This document shows, in pieces, positions 28,186 through 38,303 of a DNA stretch of 64,000 nucleotides (position 1 is its first letter; each line of letters opens with the position of its first letter). The position numbers and the translations under genes were made by a program. The stretch is from Candidatus Hydrogenedentota bacterium (GTDB lineage: Bacteria > Hydrogenedentota > Hydrogenedentia > Hydrogenedentales > JAEUWI01). The stretch lies in NCBI GenBank assembly GCA_016182605.1, contig JACPGE010000046.1:7769-71768 (forward strand). Direction: 5' to 3'. The notes beneath the pieces are model-generated. The model was not told the DNA's origin. It saw only the letters and a program-made list of their open reading frames with translations, and did no database searches.

Positions 28186-29802
28186 TTACGGGTTCTGCGA
28201 GATGAATCGGCGGCTGAGGATAAAAGTGGCGGTGACGGCCGCCATGAGCACGACGCTGTAGGCGAATGCCGGGCCGATGGCGGATCGCCAAGCCATGTTG
28301 ATCCGGACGGAGATGGGGAGGTTTTGCGCCGTGTAAATAAGAATGGATGACACGAACTCGCCGAGGCAGGTCGCAAAAATGAGCGCAAGCGCGGAAATCA
28401 CGGCAGGGGCAAGCAGCGGCAGCATGATTCTCCAGAAGCAGTAGGCCTTTGTGGCGCCCAGGCAGCGGCCCGCCTCCACTAGGCGTCCATCGAAGGGCTC
28501 GATCGCCGCGCCGGCCATGCGGGTGAACATGGGGATACTCCGGATAAAATAGGCAAGCGGAAGCAGCCAAACCGTGCCGTAGAGCGGGAGCCAGCGCTCG
28601 TTGAAAGCAACGATGAGGTTCATGGCGATGACGGTGCCCGGCAGGGCCCAGGGCAGCATGACAAGAAGGCCTACGAGTTTTCCTCCGGGGCGTTTCCGGG
28701 CGATGAGGTAGGCCGCCGGAAGCCCGGCGAGGCACGTGGCCGCCGTGGCAAGCGCGCTCATCCAGACGCTGTTGATGAGGGGCAGCCAGGCGTCGCGAGA
28801 GGCGAAGAGGGCGCTGTAGTTGCCAAGGGTGAAGACGCGCGGAATGATTTCCGTGGACCACGCCTCGTAGCGGATGAAGGAGAGATAGAGGATGGTGAGG
28901 TGGGGAATGAGCAGCAGGACGATGGTGAACCAGGCGATCGCGCCGGAGAAGAGCTTTCCCGGCGTGCTGACGATGGGCACCCGCACGCCCTTGGAGGCGC
29001 TGTGGCCATGGCGGGTGCGGCCGCGGAAGAGAGCAACGCCCAATAGGGAAATGGCCGCAAGCACGAGGGTGAGCGAGAGCGCGGCGTCGTTGTTGTACTG
29101 GCTGCGTTCGTTGAAGATCTGGACGCTGAGCATGGGGAAGTCCTGCCCAAAGAAATAGGGCGCACTGAAGGAGGCCGTAGACGTCATAAAGGTGAGGAGG
29201 GACGCGCCCAGAAGTGCGGGCCGCAGTGCGGGAAGGATCACGCGCAACCAGATGCGCGCGCGCGACGCGCCCAGCGTACGGGCGGCTTCGATCTGGCTCC
29301 GGTCGAGGGTTTCGAAGGCGGGGCCGGCCATGGAATAGAAAAAAACATAAAACGAATACGTGTGGACGAGCAAAATGGCCCAAGGCCCGGGAATGGCCAC
29401 GTGTTCCCAGCCGAGGGCATGTTCGAGGAAGCGCGGGATGAAACCGTCGCGGCCGATGATGTAGTAGAAACTGAGCACGCCCACCAGCGGGGGCAGCGTA
29501 AAGGGGAGGTACGCCAGCGCGGCGAGGAGCCCGCGGCCGGGAAAGCTGTAGTGGGTGAGGAAGTACGCCATCGGCACGCCAACAAGTGCGGCGAGCAAGA
29601 CGGAGGCGAGGCTGATGAAGAGGGTGTTGCGAATGGCGGCGTAACCGGCGCCTTCGGTGATGGCGGCCCAATCCCATCCACGCAGCGCATCCACGAGCAG
29701 ACGCAGGGAGGGATAGAGAACGGTGATGGCGAGCACCAGCAGACAGAGCGCGAGGAGCGGGCGATCCAGGCGTCGGGTATCGTGGCGTGCGGCGCCTGGC
29801 AC
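28186..29802 (-). CDS. ABC transporter permease, duplicated (Fe3+/thiamine-type two-domain permease)
   Basis: 538 aa with about 12 TM segments and two EAA-like loops (EAARTLGASRARIW and EAGRCLGATKAYCFW). Confidence 0.8.
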   Translation of the reverse strand: MPGAARHDTRRLDRPLLALCLLVLAITVLYPSLRLLVDALRGWDWAAITEGAGYAAIRNTLFISLASVLLAALVGVPMAYFLTHYSFPGRGLLAALAYLPFTLPPLVGVLSFYYIIGRDGFIPRFLEHALGWEHVAIPGPWAILLVHTYSFYVFFYSMAGPAFETLDRSQIEAARTLGASRARIWLRVILPALRPALLGASLLTFMTSTASFSAPYFFGQDFPMLSVQIFNERSQYNNDAALSLTLVLAAISLLGVALFRGRTRHGHSASKGVRVPIVSTPGKLFSGAIAWFTIVLLLIPHLTILYLSFIRYEAWSTEIIPRVFTLGNYSALFASRDAWLPLINSVWMSALATAATCLAGLPAAYLIARKRPGGKLVGLLVMLPWALPGTVIAMNLIVAFNERWLPLYGTVWLLPLAYFIRSIPMFTRMAGAAIEPFDGRLVEAGRCLGATKAYCFWRIMLPLLAPAVISALALIFATCLGEFVSSILIYTAQNLPISVRINMAWRSAIGPAFAYSVVLMAAVTATFILSRRFISQNP

Positions 29803-29810
29803 GGGGCCCC

Positions 29811-30200
29811 TTATTCGCCTTCGACGGGAGCGACGATATCCTGCTCGACAAACTGGCGGATGGCCTCGTGATCCTCATCGTCGATCTTCGTGAAGAGGAT
29901 GGCCACGCGGAAGTGATCGTCGCCGCGCTCGTGGGGGATGCAACGGACAACGACGCCCTCGGCATCGATACGGCGGCCGGAAGGCTTGGGGAGGTCGAGC
30001 GAGATGCGCATGCGCGTCATCAGCGGCACCGGTTTCACCGTGTGGCACAAGACGCCATTGGCACTGATATTGTCGACGTGATTCAATACGCCGGGGCCGC
30101 TTTCGTCCTGGATCAGCGGCAAACCCCGGCGGCTGCGCGGATAGCGCCGCCGTTCTGAGCCATCACTCGTCATACTGCTCCATCCCCTTGCAAGTTTCAC
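29811..30200 (-). CDS. PilZ domain protein
   Basis: RRRYPR...(21 aa)...DNISANGV matches the RxxxR / D.S.GG c-di-GMP binding motif pair. Confidence 0.7.
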   Translation of the reverse strand: MKLARGWSSMTSDGSERRRYPRSRRGLPLIQDESGPGVLNHVDNISANGVLCHTVKPVPLMTRMRISLDLPKPSGRRIDAEGVVVRCIPHERGDDHFRVAILFTKIDDEDHEAIRQFVEQDIVAPVEGE

Positions 30201-30286
30201 CGGCCCTCAGCCCGGCCGCAGGCAAGTTGCCGCCCCGGCCCAAGCTATACGTCCGCGTATAGTAACCCAGACCTGATGGATTTTCA

Positions 30287-31768
30287 ATGTTTCGGGCGCG
30301 TGCAGCCGCCGGGGAACGCTCAGGGGGATCCGCGGTCCGTTTCGCCGCCCGGAATTTCGCTGCGTGCGGCCCATGTGCTAGGCTGGACAGCGCCAAGCAA
30401 CCAGGAAGGAAGTTGCGCGCGTTGAAGTGGAACGAGTTCATTGCGGCCCGTGCCGATCGGGTCTTTCTGGAGGAGGCCGGGCGTCCATTAATGACGGGCG
30501 CCTTCTTCGACCGCATGCGCGCGGCGGCAGACAACCTCGTGTGGCTCGGCATGAGCGCGCCGGGGATCCTCACCGCGTTTCAGGCAAGCCCGGCGCTGGC
30601 GATGGTGGAGTATCTGTTCAGCGTGATTCATGCCGGCGGCGTGGCCCTGCCGCTCAATCCCCATTTCCCTGAATCGTACAAACAGGACATCGAACGCAGG
30701 CTGGGGGCAGGCAGCCTGAAGGAATCCGCGTCGACGGGCGTGGATTGGGATGCGCCGGCTACGCTGGTGTTGACGTCCGGCAGCAGCAGTTTTCCGAAGG
30801 CCGTGGCGCACAGTCTGCGGGGGCACCTGGCGAGCGCCGCAGCGGCCAACACCAACATTGCGCTGGCGCCGGGGGACCGTTGGCTTTTTTCATTGCCGCT
30901 TTATCATGTTTCCGGTCTCGGCATTCTCTTCCGCTGCCTGGAGGCGGGGGCCACAGTGGTGATGCCGCCACTTGAGGGAGAACTGCTGCACAGCATTCGT
31001 GCGTTGCGCATCACACATTGCTCCCTCGTGGCCGCGCAGTTGCAGCGGTGCATGGAGGCCGAAGGCGGCGTGGCCGCGCTTCGAAACTTGAAGGCGGTAC
31101 TGCTGGGCGGCAGCGCGATTCCGCCCGCCCTGATCGACCGCGCGCATGCCGCGGGCCTCCCGCTGCATACCTCCTACGGACTGACCGAATGCGCAAGCCA
31201 GATCTGTTGCACGCGTCCCGGCGCCAACCGGGAGGAGCTGTCAACCTCCGGCTATCCCCTGGGTGCGGATCGCGTGCGCATCAACGCGGCGGGCGTGATC
31301 GAAGTGGGTGGACCGAGCCTGATGCTGGGCTACTGGCAGGATGGCGCGCTGGATCGGCCGTTCACGGAAGACGGCTGGTTTGCCACGCGCGATCTGGGGG
31401 CGTGGGACGCCGCGGGGCGCCTGCACGTGCTGGGCCGGGCCGACAATGTCTTTGTCTGCGGCGGAGAGAATGTACAGCCCGAAGAGGTGGAACGCGCGCT
31501 GCTGACGCTGGAGGGCGTGCTCCAGGCCGTCGTGGCGCCCGTGCCGCATCCAGTGTATGGAGCGACGGTCGTGGCCATCGTGGAGAGCGAAGTTCCCATC
31601 GGCGAAGTCGCCGCGGCCTGGCGCACCCAGTTGCAGGCGCTGTTGCCGAAACACGCCGTGCCGCGCCACTTCCTGCCCTGGCCGGTGAACCACGCAGAGC
31701 ATGCGGCGATCAAGGTAAGCCGGGAGAAATTGCGCGCCTACGCGGAAGCAGTGCTGCACAGCCAGTAG
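30287..31768 (+). CDS. AMP-dependent synthetase/ligase (acyl-CoA ligase, MenE-like)
   Basis: LTSGSSSFPKAV (P-loop-like AMP motif), SYGLTE, GWFATRDLG and a C-terminal K-containing motif. Start is uncertain (alternatives up to ~30430). Confidence 0.7.
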   Translation: MFRARAAAGERSGGSAVRFAARNFAACGPCARLDSAKQPGRKLRALKWNEFIAARADRVFLEEAGRPLMTGAFFDRMRAAADNLVWLGMSAPGILTAFQASPALAMVEYLFSVIHAGGVALPLNPHFPESYKQDIERRLGAGSLKESASTGVDWDAPATLVLTSGSSSFPKAVAHSLRGHLASAAAANTNIALAPGDRWLFSLPLYHVSGLGILFRCLEAGATVVMPPLEGELLHSIRALRITHCSLVAAQLQRCMEAEGGVAALRNLKAVLLGGSAIPPALIDRAHAAGLPLHTSYGLTECASQICCTRPGANREELSTSGYPLGADRVRINAAGVIEVGGPSLMLGYWQDGALDRPFTEDGWFATRDLGAWDAAGRLHVLGRADNVFVCGGENVQPEEVERALLTLEGVLQAVVAPVPHPVYGATVVAIVESEVPIGEVAAAWRTQLQALLPKHAVPRHFLPWPVNHAEHAAIKVSREKLRAYAEAVLHSQ

Positions 31769-31774
31769 TTTGGA

Positions 31775-34687
31775 CTACTGCTGGCGTCCCGAGTCTTTCC
31801 GCAGCGCATTCAGGAAATCGGGGTTCACGGTGTGGCCCGCCGCCTGCGCCGCCTGCACGGCCAGCCAGGCCTCATCGTAACGCTGGAGCCGCCAATACGC
31901 GGTGGCGCGCTGTTCCTGTGCGGCGCCGTTTTGCGGTTGGAGGGCAACGGCCTGTTCCAGTGCTCCCACGGCCTCCTCGATCTTGCCCTGCGTATAGAGT
32001 ATGCCGCCCAGATTGATCCAGGCATCGGTGCGCGCGGGATCCGCCGCAACCGCGGCCCGCAAGTGCGTCACGCCATCGTCGAGCTTTCCCATATTGAAGT
32101 AGGCGATGCCAAGACCCGCGTGCGCATCCGCGAGTCCGGGCATGAACGAAACGGCCCGTTCCAGCAGCGCGATTGCCTCGTCCCACTGTTTCAGTTCGAT
32201 CTTCGTGAGACCCAGGTTAAGGTAGGGCGGCCAGCGGTGGGGGGCGACTTCCATCGAGTGGCGGTAGGCGGCTTCCGCGGCGGCCGCGTCGTTGCTCTGC
32301 CAGTGGGCATTGCCGAGCATGTCCCAGGCCTCCGGGCGGACGGGGTCTTTGTCCAGCGCGGCCTGAATTTCTACCAGTGCGGCAGGCACGTCGCCAGCCT
32401 GCAAGAACTGATCGGCGCGGACGAGACGCCGCGTGGTGAAGACTTCCTGGGAGAAGGCCACGACGGGCGCAAGGAGGTTGTCCACCGGCGCAAAGTTGTC
32501 GGTGAGAATGCGGCCGCCGGTGCGCGCCGCGAGATCGCTGAGCTGCCGATCGGAGAGCAGCAGGCCCGTGCCGGGGTGCTCCGCGTTGACGGCCTCCGCA
32601 ATGCCATTGAGATCGAGAGGCTGCTTCGAGGAGACCACGATGAAGGTATCGCGCTGTTCGAGCTTGCCGTCGGAGCTGAAAGCGTAGACGTGGGGAAAGA
32701 CTGCCTTGCAGGTGTTGATGACGGACCCGAGAAACTGCCCGCTGGTGTAGAGATCGATGAGATTGAGGAGATAGACGCCGTCGTCGCTGAGGAGCGTGTG
32801 AATATCTTCAGTAAATTCCTGCGTGGTGAGGTGAAACGGCACCGAGTAATCGTTGATGGAATCACCGAAGACATAGTCGAAGACGGGAACGTTTTCGCCC
32901 CGGGCCTTTTGTTCGATCAGATCGGCAACCCGGTTGCGCGCGTCCATGTTGTAAATGGAGACGCGGGTGTCGCGCGGCAGGCCAAATGCGGCGTGCGCGC
33001 CTTCGGTGACCGCCGGGTCGATCTCGACGGTCTCAATATAACTTTCGGGACGGGTCGCTTCGAGGTAGTGGGGAAAGGCATAGCCGCCGCCGCCGAGTAT
33101 GAGCCCGGTGATTGGCGCGCCCGCGGGCAGCCGGCGATCGAGCACGGCCGCGTAGTACCACTCGTAGGGGTAGTGCAGCTTCTTCGGATCGTTGATGTCG
33201 ACGATGGAATGGACGAGTTTGTCGAGGGCGAAGGATCGCACATTCGGGAAGCGGAGATCGTTCGTATAGATCATGATGTACGAGTAGCTGCTCTCGTCCG
33301 TGTAGAAGACCTCCGGGCCGTGATACGGCTTGAGCGCCGTGGACTGGCCCAGACGCGTGAGGGGAGCCCACGGAATGGAAACGGCCGCGACTGCGATGAG
33401 CGCGATTGCGGCGGTGATCTGGGTGAGGGCGGCGCGCGGCGCATAGTAGACGGCGAGCAGGGCGCACAAAAGGGTGACGCCAATGAGCACGTTGATGGTG
33501 CCGAGGAGATCGATGAGCAGCAGCCCCGTGGCAAACGTGCCGAGGATGCTGCCGATGGATCCCCACGCATAGACCGTGCCTACCGTGCGGCCGCGGGAGC
33601 AGCCGGCGTCGAGAGCCATGTGCACGGCGACAGGCGGAATCATGCCGAGAAGCAGTGCCGGGATGAAATAGATAATGAGGCAGTTGCAGAGAATGTGCGT
33701 GGTCCAGGGCAGGTTCCAGAGGAGCGGGAAATTGCGGAGGTAGGTGTTGAGCGGCGCAATGAGAAGCGTGGTGATGGCCGCCGCGGCGAAGAGCCGCGCG
33801 AGCAGGCGGCGCTTGTCCACGCGGTCGGCAAGGCGCCCGCCGAGTGCGCCGCCAAAAGTGAGCCCGGCGAGAATGACGCCGATGATGGTGGTCCAGGTGT
33901 AGAGGGATTGGCCGAAGGTCCGCGCGAGTAGGCGCGACGCCACGAGTTCGATCGCCATGAGGCCGGCGCTGGCGAGAAAGGCGGTGGCGATGGGCAGGGC
34001 TAGGGCGCCCATGCGCCACGCCTGCGCATCGGGCTCGGCGGGGTTGGGAAGATCGAAGCCGGATTCTGCGCCGCGATCGCGCAATACGTAGAGCAGGCCC
34101 ACCGCGGCGAGCACGGCGGCAGAGGCAATGACCAGCGTCTGGTTGCCCGCGAGGCCCATGAGGTAGTAGCCGGTGATGAAGGTGCCCACAATGCTGCCGC
34201 CGATCGACCAGGCATAGATGTCGCCGATGGTGCGGCCGGTGCGCGCGCCGAGGTGAAGCGCGCGGCGCGCGATGAGCGGGCTGATCGTGCCGAGCGCCGT
34301 GAAGGGCAGCAGGTAAACGAGCGTGATGTGGATGACGACGCGGAAGGGCCAGGGCGTGCCGGGCGCGAAGGGGATCGCGCCTGCGAGCGGGTTGAGCGCG
34401 AGCACGCTCAGTTCCGCGGCGGCGGCGGCAAGGAACAGTACGCCCAGGGTGCGGCGGCGGAAGGATCGATCGGCAATACGTCCGCCGAGATCGTTGCCCA
34501 GGGCGATGCCGGCGAGCGTGATGCCGATAATGCCGGTCCACGTGTAGAGCGATTGCCCGACATGCTGCGCGATAAGGCGGCTCGCGACAAGCTGCATGAG
34601 CATGATGGCCGCGCTGGAGGTGAAGACGGTGAGGTTGGGCGCCAACTGGCGGAACAAGGCGCGAGGGGTCGAAAGGTTTTCGGACAT
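31775..34687 (-). CDS. Fused membrane/spermidine-synthase-like protein with C-terminal TPR repeats
   Basis: Two MFS-like polytopic modules. Methyltransferase-fold segment LILGGGGYAFPHYL...VEIDPAV...GDSINDYSVPFHLTT. C-terminal TPR repeats (AW..LG......G....A...). Confidence 0.75.
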   Translation of the reverse strand: MSENLSTPRALFRQLAPNLTVFTSSAAIMLMQLVASRLIAQHVGQSLYTWTGIIGITLAGIALGNDLGGRIADRSFRRRTLGVLFLAAAAAELSVLALNPLAGAIPFAPGTPWPFRVVIHITLVYLLPFTALGTISPLIARRALHLGARTGRTIGDIYAWSIGGSIVGTFITGYYLMGLAGNQTLVIASAAVLAAVGLLYVLRDRGAESGFDLPNPAEPDAQAWRMGALALPIATAFLASAGLMAIELVASRLLARTFGQSLYTWTTIIGVILAGLTFGGALGGRLADRVDKRRLLARLFAAAAITTLLIAPLNTYLRNFPLLWNLPWTTHILCNCLIIYFIPALLLGMIPPVAVHMALDAGCSRGRTVGTVYAWGSIGSILGTFATGLLLIDLLGTINVLIGVTLLCALLAVYYAPRAALTQITAAIALIAVAAVSIPWAPLTRLGQSTALKPYHGPEVFYTDESSYSYIMIYTNDLRFPNVRSFALDKLVHSIVDINDPKKLHYPYEWYYAAVLDRRLPAGAPITGLILGGGGYAFPHYLEATRPESYIETVEIDPAVTEGAHAAFGLPRDTRVSIYNMDARNRVADLIEQKARGENVPVFDYVFGDSINDYSVPFHLTTQEFTEDIHTLLSDDGVYLLNLIDLYTSGQFLGSVINTCKAVFPHVYAFSSDGKLEQRDTFIVVSSKQPLDLNGIAEAVNAEHPGTGLLLSDRQLSDLAARTGGRILTDNFAPVDNLLAPVVAFSQEVFTTRRLVRADQFLQAGDVPAALVEIQAALDKDPVRPEAWDMLGNAHWQSNDAAAAEAAYRHSMEVAPHRWPPYLNLGLTKIELKQWDEAIALLERAVSFMPGLADAHAGLGIAYFNMGKLDDGVTHLRAAVAADPARTDAWINLGGILYTQGKIEEAVGALEQAVALQPQNGAAQEQRATAYWRLQRYDEAWLAVQAAQAAGHTVNPDFLNALRKDSGRQQ

Positions 34688-34806
34688 GGTCGAGGCACCG
34701 CTTTCCCGGGAGTAACTTCAGGCTGCCGTGTCCGGGCAGCGAACACAAAGTATAGGGCTTGCCCGGAAGGGGTTCAAGCTATGGGGTGCGGTCTGCGGGG
34801 CTATGC

Positions 34807-36234
34807 TCAGAAAAAGGCGACGCCGATGCCCTTGCTCGCACGGACCGGCGCCTCGATGGTCGCGAGGTGGTGCGCGAGCACGGCGCAGCGGTCCGCGTCG
34901 ATGATGTGGTCGTTCCCCTTTTCATACACGATCTGCCCCTGCGCGCCGACCGTGTACGTGTGCGAGGCATACTGCGATTCCCGGTCGGGAAGCGCCGGCA
35001 ACACCAGCGTGCGCTCCGCGATGCGCCGCTGAATCAGTTCGGTCATGTATTCCTTCACGCGGCGCCGGGAAAAGGTCCCGTCCGCAAGGGGCGCGAGGTC
35101 CATCGCGCCCCCAAACTCGAAGCATTGGATCTTGCCGCACCAGGCCTCCCCGCGCGCCATGAGCTGGTGGGCGACGGCGCGGCCGCTGTTGCCCGCATCG
35201 ATGCCAATGGAGGCAAAATCATAGGCGCGGTCAAGCTCGACGAGGATATCCTGCTGGCGCGCATAGTTGACCCCTTCGAGGTGCACGCGAAGGACGTTGA
35301 CGAAATGAGGCGGCTCGTTCTTGTAGACGATAAACTCCGACGGATCCTTGGCGTAACCGAGATCGCAGCCCAGGTAATATTCGCCCCGGCGCACGGCCCC
35401 GGGAAGCTGAAACGGCGTTTCTTCTTCAATGCAAAGGTTGTGAAAGTCGAGGCTCTCCTGGATGCAGCGCAAATAGGCGTCCAGCGAGAAAACGGCGTGC
35501 ATCGGTTCGCCGTGCTGGCCGAGCACGCGGTGAATGTAAGCGGAGGAATTGCGGCCCCCATAGAGCCGGCAAAGCTCCACATCCTTCTCCGCCGTGAAAC
35601 CGGGATTGAGCTTGCTGGACCAGTTGTATTGCTCCTGATCCCGCATCTGCGTCATGCGGTAAAACGTGTTGCGCAGGCCGTTCGGCACGCCGTAAATCCA
35701 GCGGCTGCCCCCGCCATTGAGCGCCTGAAAAAGTTCGCCCCAGCTCGATTCCGTCATCTCCTGCGCTTCATCCACGATCTGCCAATCGACATGCATCCCC
35801 TGAAAATTCACGCCGTGCGGTCCCGCGATGCGCCCCCAAAGCGTGAACCCGTTGGAAAAGCGCAGGTACCACGACGGCGATCGGCGCTTTTCCACGAGAG
35901 CGCCACTGAAAAACGGCGTGCATTCAAAGCGCCGCAACAGGCGGTTCATCAGGGGAAACAGATGGTTCTCGGTCTGGGTGGCGATGAGCATCTCCGTGTT
36001 CGGGCAAAAGCTCGCCGCCCAGCAGGCGAGGATCTCGATCTCCGCCGTCTTCCCCACGTCGCGCCCGTCGCAATGAACCTTGCGCAACGCGCGGGACTCC
36101 AGCGAGGCGCGCTGATAGGGGCGGAGCCGCCAGGGGCGCCCCTGGGCGTCCGTGATGAAGCGTGCGGCGAAGGCCTCGCGCGGGAGCGCGCTCGGCCACT
36201 GGGCGATGCTGTTGAGCAGAGATCGGCGTATCAT
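34807..36234 (-). CDS. Phage terminase large-subunit-like protein (orphan)
   Basis: Walker A-like CDGRDVGKT, Walker B WQIVDEAQEM, and C-terminal RNaseH-like acidic residues (YLGCDLGY, IGIDAGNSG, DHIIDADRC). The upstream 287 codons of the track ORF are shadow of the opposite-strand esterase gene. Confidence 0.55.
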   Translation of the reverse strand: MIRRSLLNSIAQWPSALPREAFAARFITDAQGRPWRLRPYQRASLESRALRKVHCDGRDVGKTAEIEILACWAASFCPNTEMLIATQTENHLFPLMNRLLRRFECTPFFSGALVEKRRSPSWYLRFSNGFTLWGRIAGPHGVNFQGMHVDWQIVDEAQEMTESSWGELFQALNGGGSRWIYGVPNGLRNTFYRMTQMRDQEQYNWSSKLNPGFTAEKDVELCRLYGGRNSSAYIHRVLGQHGEPMHAVFSLDAYLRCIQESLDFHNLCIEEETPFQLPGAVRRGEYYLGCDLGYAKDPSEFIVYKNEPPHFVNVLRVHLEGVNYARQQDILVELDRAYDFASIGIDAGNSGRAVAHQLMARGEAWCGKIQCFEFGGAMDLAPLADGTFSRRRVKEYMTELIQRRIAERTLVLPALPDRESQYASHTYTVGAQGQIVYEKGNDHIIDADRCAVLAHHLATIEAPVRASKGIGVAFF

Positions 36235-36282
36235 TTTCTGGAAAATCCTTCTATACTGAATGGCGAACAGGAAAACGTGTAC

Positions 36283-37170
36283 ATGCGCAGACAACCCTTC
36301 ATCGGCTGCGCCGCCGTGCTGGCGGCGCTCACGCTTTGCGGGTGCCCCTTCAGATTCTCGGAAAACCTGGCGTTTACCCGGGATATCAAGTATGGCTCGG
36401 GCTATGTGCGGGGCCCGTCCGCGGGCGCCTACGTATTGCAGGATCTCTTCTTCGATCTGCTGGTGCCCACGGATGCCGGCGCCGGGCTGCTGCCCGCCGT
36501 GCTCCTGGTGCATGGGGGCGGTTTCACCGGCGGCTCCCGGGGATCCGAGGATCTCCTGCGGTATGCCGACGCACTGGCCCGCGAAGGCTATGCCTGTTTC
36601 CTCATGGACTACCGGGTCGCAGGCGAGAATCCGCCCGCGCCCGCGGAGTACAGCGGCGATGCCCTGACCCGGGCGGCCCACGCCGCCTTTGTCGATACGA
36701 AGGTCGCCCTGCGTCACATACGGGCAAAAAGTGCACTCTACGGCGTGGACCCCAACCGGATCGCCGTTTTCGGGGAAAGTGCGGGGGCATTTGCCGCGCT
36801 TGCGGCCGGCATGACCGACGCCATCGACTTTCTGAACGATGGTCCGGAATTCCCCGTGCCGCCAGAGAACAATCTGCTCACCAATCCCCTGCCGCAGGCG
36901 GTGATCTCCTTCTGGGGAAACGCGGACCGCATACTCGACGAATTCGACCCCACCGACCCGCCGCTCATGGTGGCGCACGGGTGGCTGGACGAAAACCCGG
37001 CGACACCCTATTTCCCCGGCGTGACCCATATCGTCGAAGCCTGCCTCGAACACGGCATCGATTTGCGCCTCTACACGCTGCCCCTGTCCGGGCACGGGGC
37101 CTGGAACGCGCGGGTAGACGGCGTAGGCCTCGCGGCACTCAGCGTGGACTTCCTGGATGAGGTGCTCTAG
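36283..37170 (+). CDS. Alpha/beta hydrolase lipoprotein (esterase/lipase)
   Basis: Lipobox-like LTLCGC, oxyanion HGGGFTGGS, nucleophile GESAGA, and C-terminal SGHGAW. The 803-aa track ORF is mostly read-through. Confidence 0.7.
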   Translation: MRRQPFIGCAAVLAALTLCGCPFRFSENLAFTRDIKYGSGYVRGPSAGAYVLQDLFFDLLVPTDAGAGLLPAVLLVHGGGFTGGSRGSEDLLRYADALAREGYACFLMDYRVAGENPPAPAEYSGDALTRAAHAAFVDTKVALRHIRAKSALYGVDPNRIAVFGESAGAFAALAAGMTDAIDFLNDGPEFPVPPENNLLTNPLPQAVISFWGNADRILDEFDPTDPPLMVAHGWLDENPATPYFPGVTHIVEACLEHGIDLRLYTLPLSGHGAWNARVDGVGLAALSVDFLDEVL

Positions 37171-37295
37171 GCGAACCGCGCTTCAGCCCGGATAATTCAC
37201 GGCCTCCAGCCGTCGAAGCCCATTTTAGGCGTGCTTTTCAAATTCGCGTGGTGAATCGTGACTCGGTTGGCTCCCACCCAATACTGATACCGAAT

Positions 37296-37529
37296 GGATC
37301 TTGGACATTCCTGTCCGAGCCTCCCAAAGGATCTTGGGCATTCCCGTCCAAGTCTTCCTCAAAGGATCTTGGACATTCCTGTCCGAGTCTTCCAAGCGGT
37401 CGCGTTCAAAGGCTCTGCGGAGCCCCAAGGCCCTCGGCACGCCCGCTACAATCCAACGTCCCCTCCGCTTGTTTGTTTTCATTTCCCCGTCCTCGCACAG
37501 ACCCGCTCGGACAAGAATGTCCAAGATCC
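37296..37529. repeat. Three direct 24-bp repeats plus one inverted copy in a 600-bp intergenic region
   Basis: ggatcttggacattcctgtccgag at 37296-37319 and 37364-37387, a degenerate copy at 37329-37352, and an inverted copy ctcggacaagaatgtccaagatcc at 37506-37529. Confidence 0.55.
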
Positions 37530-37784
37530 TTTGGTCTTTGCCCCTTGATCAAAATTACTGTACCAATTGCTGTACCAAGTTTGTTCGTGGATATAGCGCG
37601 TATATCGAATCCATCCGAACACGTCTTGTTAAATTTATTTTGGCGCGAGGCCCAACGTCTATTCGGCCTATACGGCCCTGCGCATTGCCGCCGCAATAGT
37701 GCGCCCAAGTGTATCCCAAGTTCCGGGGCTGCTAAAATGGCCCGGCAACTTCCTCACCCTCTCTCACGATCGGCTGCACACACC

Positions 37785-38189
37785 ATGGATACGCTTCGGA
37801 AAAACCGCGTGCTGGCACTGCGCGTGTCGCTCCTCCTGATTGCCATCGCCGCAGGCGTCGCATTCTGCTGGAGCGCCCTGATGGCCCAGGGCATCGTGCT
37901 GGGGGGCCTTTCGGGTGTGGCCGGATTCTGGCTCCTCGCCGCGCGCGTGGAAAAGCTGACCCAGGGGGAGGCCGAGGCCCTCAACGCCTTCTCGTTCAAA
38001 TGGACCGTCGTGCGGATGGGCCTGTACGGCGCGGGTCTGGGCGGGGCATGGCTGCTCGATCGGGAGACCTACGTGGCGCTGCTTGGCGCCGTCGCCGCCC
38101 TGATTGTGAGCCGGATGCTTATGATTTTCGTGGCCTTTGCAGGGATTCGTTCCAAAAAAGACCCGAGTTCCCCGCCCAAATCCCCCTGA
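37785..38189 (+). CDS. Small membrane protein (about 4 TM; ATP-synthase protein I-like?)
   Basis: 134-aa ORF from an internal ATG with four hydrophobic helices. The family assignment is weak. Confidence 0.4.
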   Translation: MDTLRKNRVLALRVSLLLIAIAAGVAFCWSALMAQGIVLGGLSGVAGFWLLAARVEKLTQGEAEALNAFSFKWTVVRMGLYGAGLGGAWLLDRETYVALLGAVAALIVSRMLMIFVAFAGIRSKKDPSSPPKSP

Positions 38190-38303
38190 ATTTCTCGCTA
38201 TGCACGGCACAACACTTTTTGCTACCGTAATAGGCGCCGGGTGCCGGACTCCAATCGGCGCGCGGCCGGGTTGGGGGCAGCCACGGGACGGAGACCCCTG
38301 CCG

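Noticed and set aside
34759-37170. 803-aa plus-strand ORF spanning the terminase-like gene region.
   Set aside because: Only the last 295 codons, from the ATG at 36283, look like a real protein (lipobox plus alpha/beta-hydrolase motifs). The upstream part is antisense to the terminase-like gene and compositionally shadow-like.
37296-37387. Possible CRISPR array (three direct 24-bp repeats).
   Set aside because: The gaps between repeat copies are only 9-11 bp and one copy is degenerate. There are no cas genes in the window and an inverted copy lies nearby. It is not CRISPR-like.
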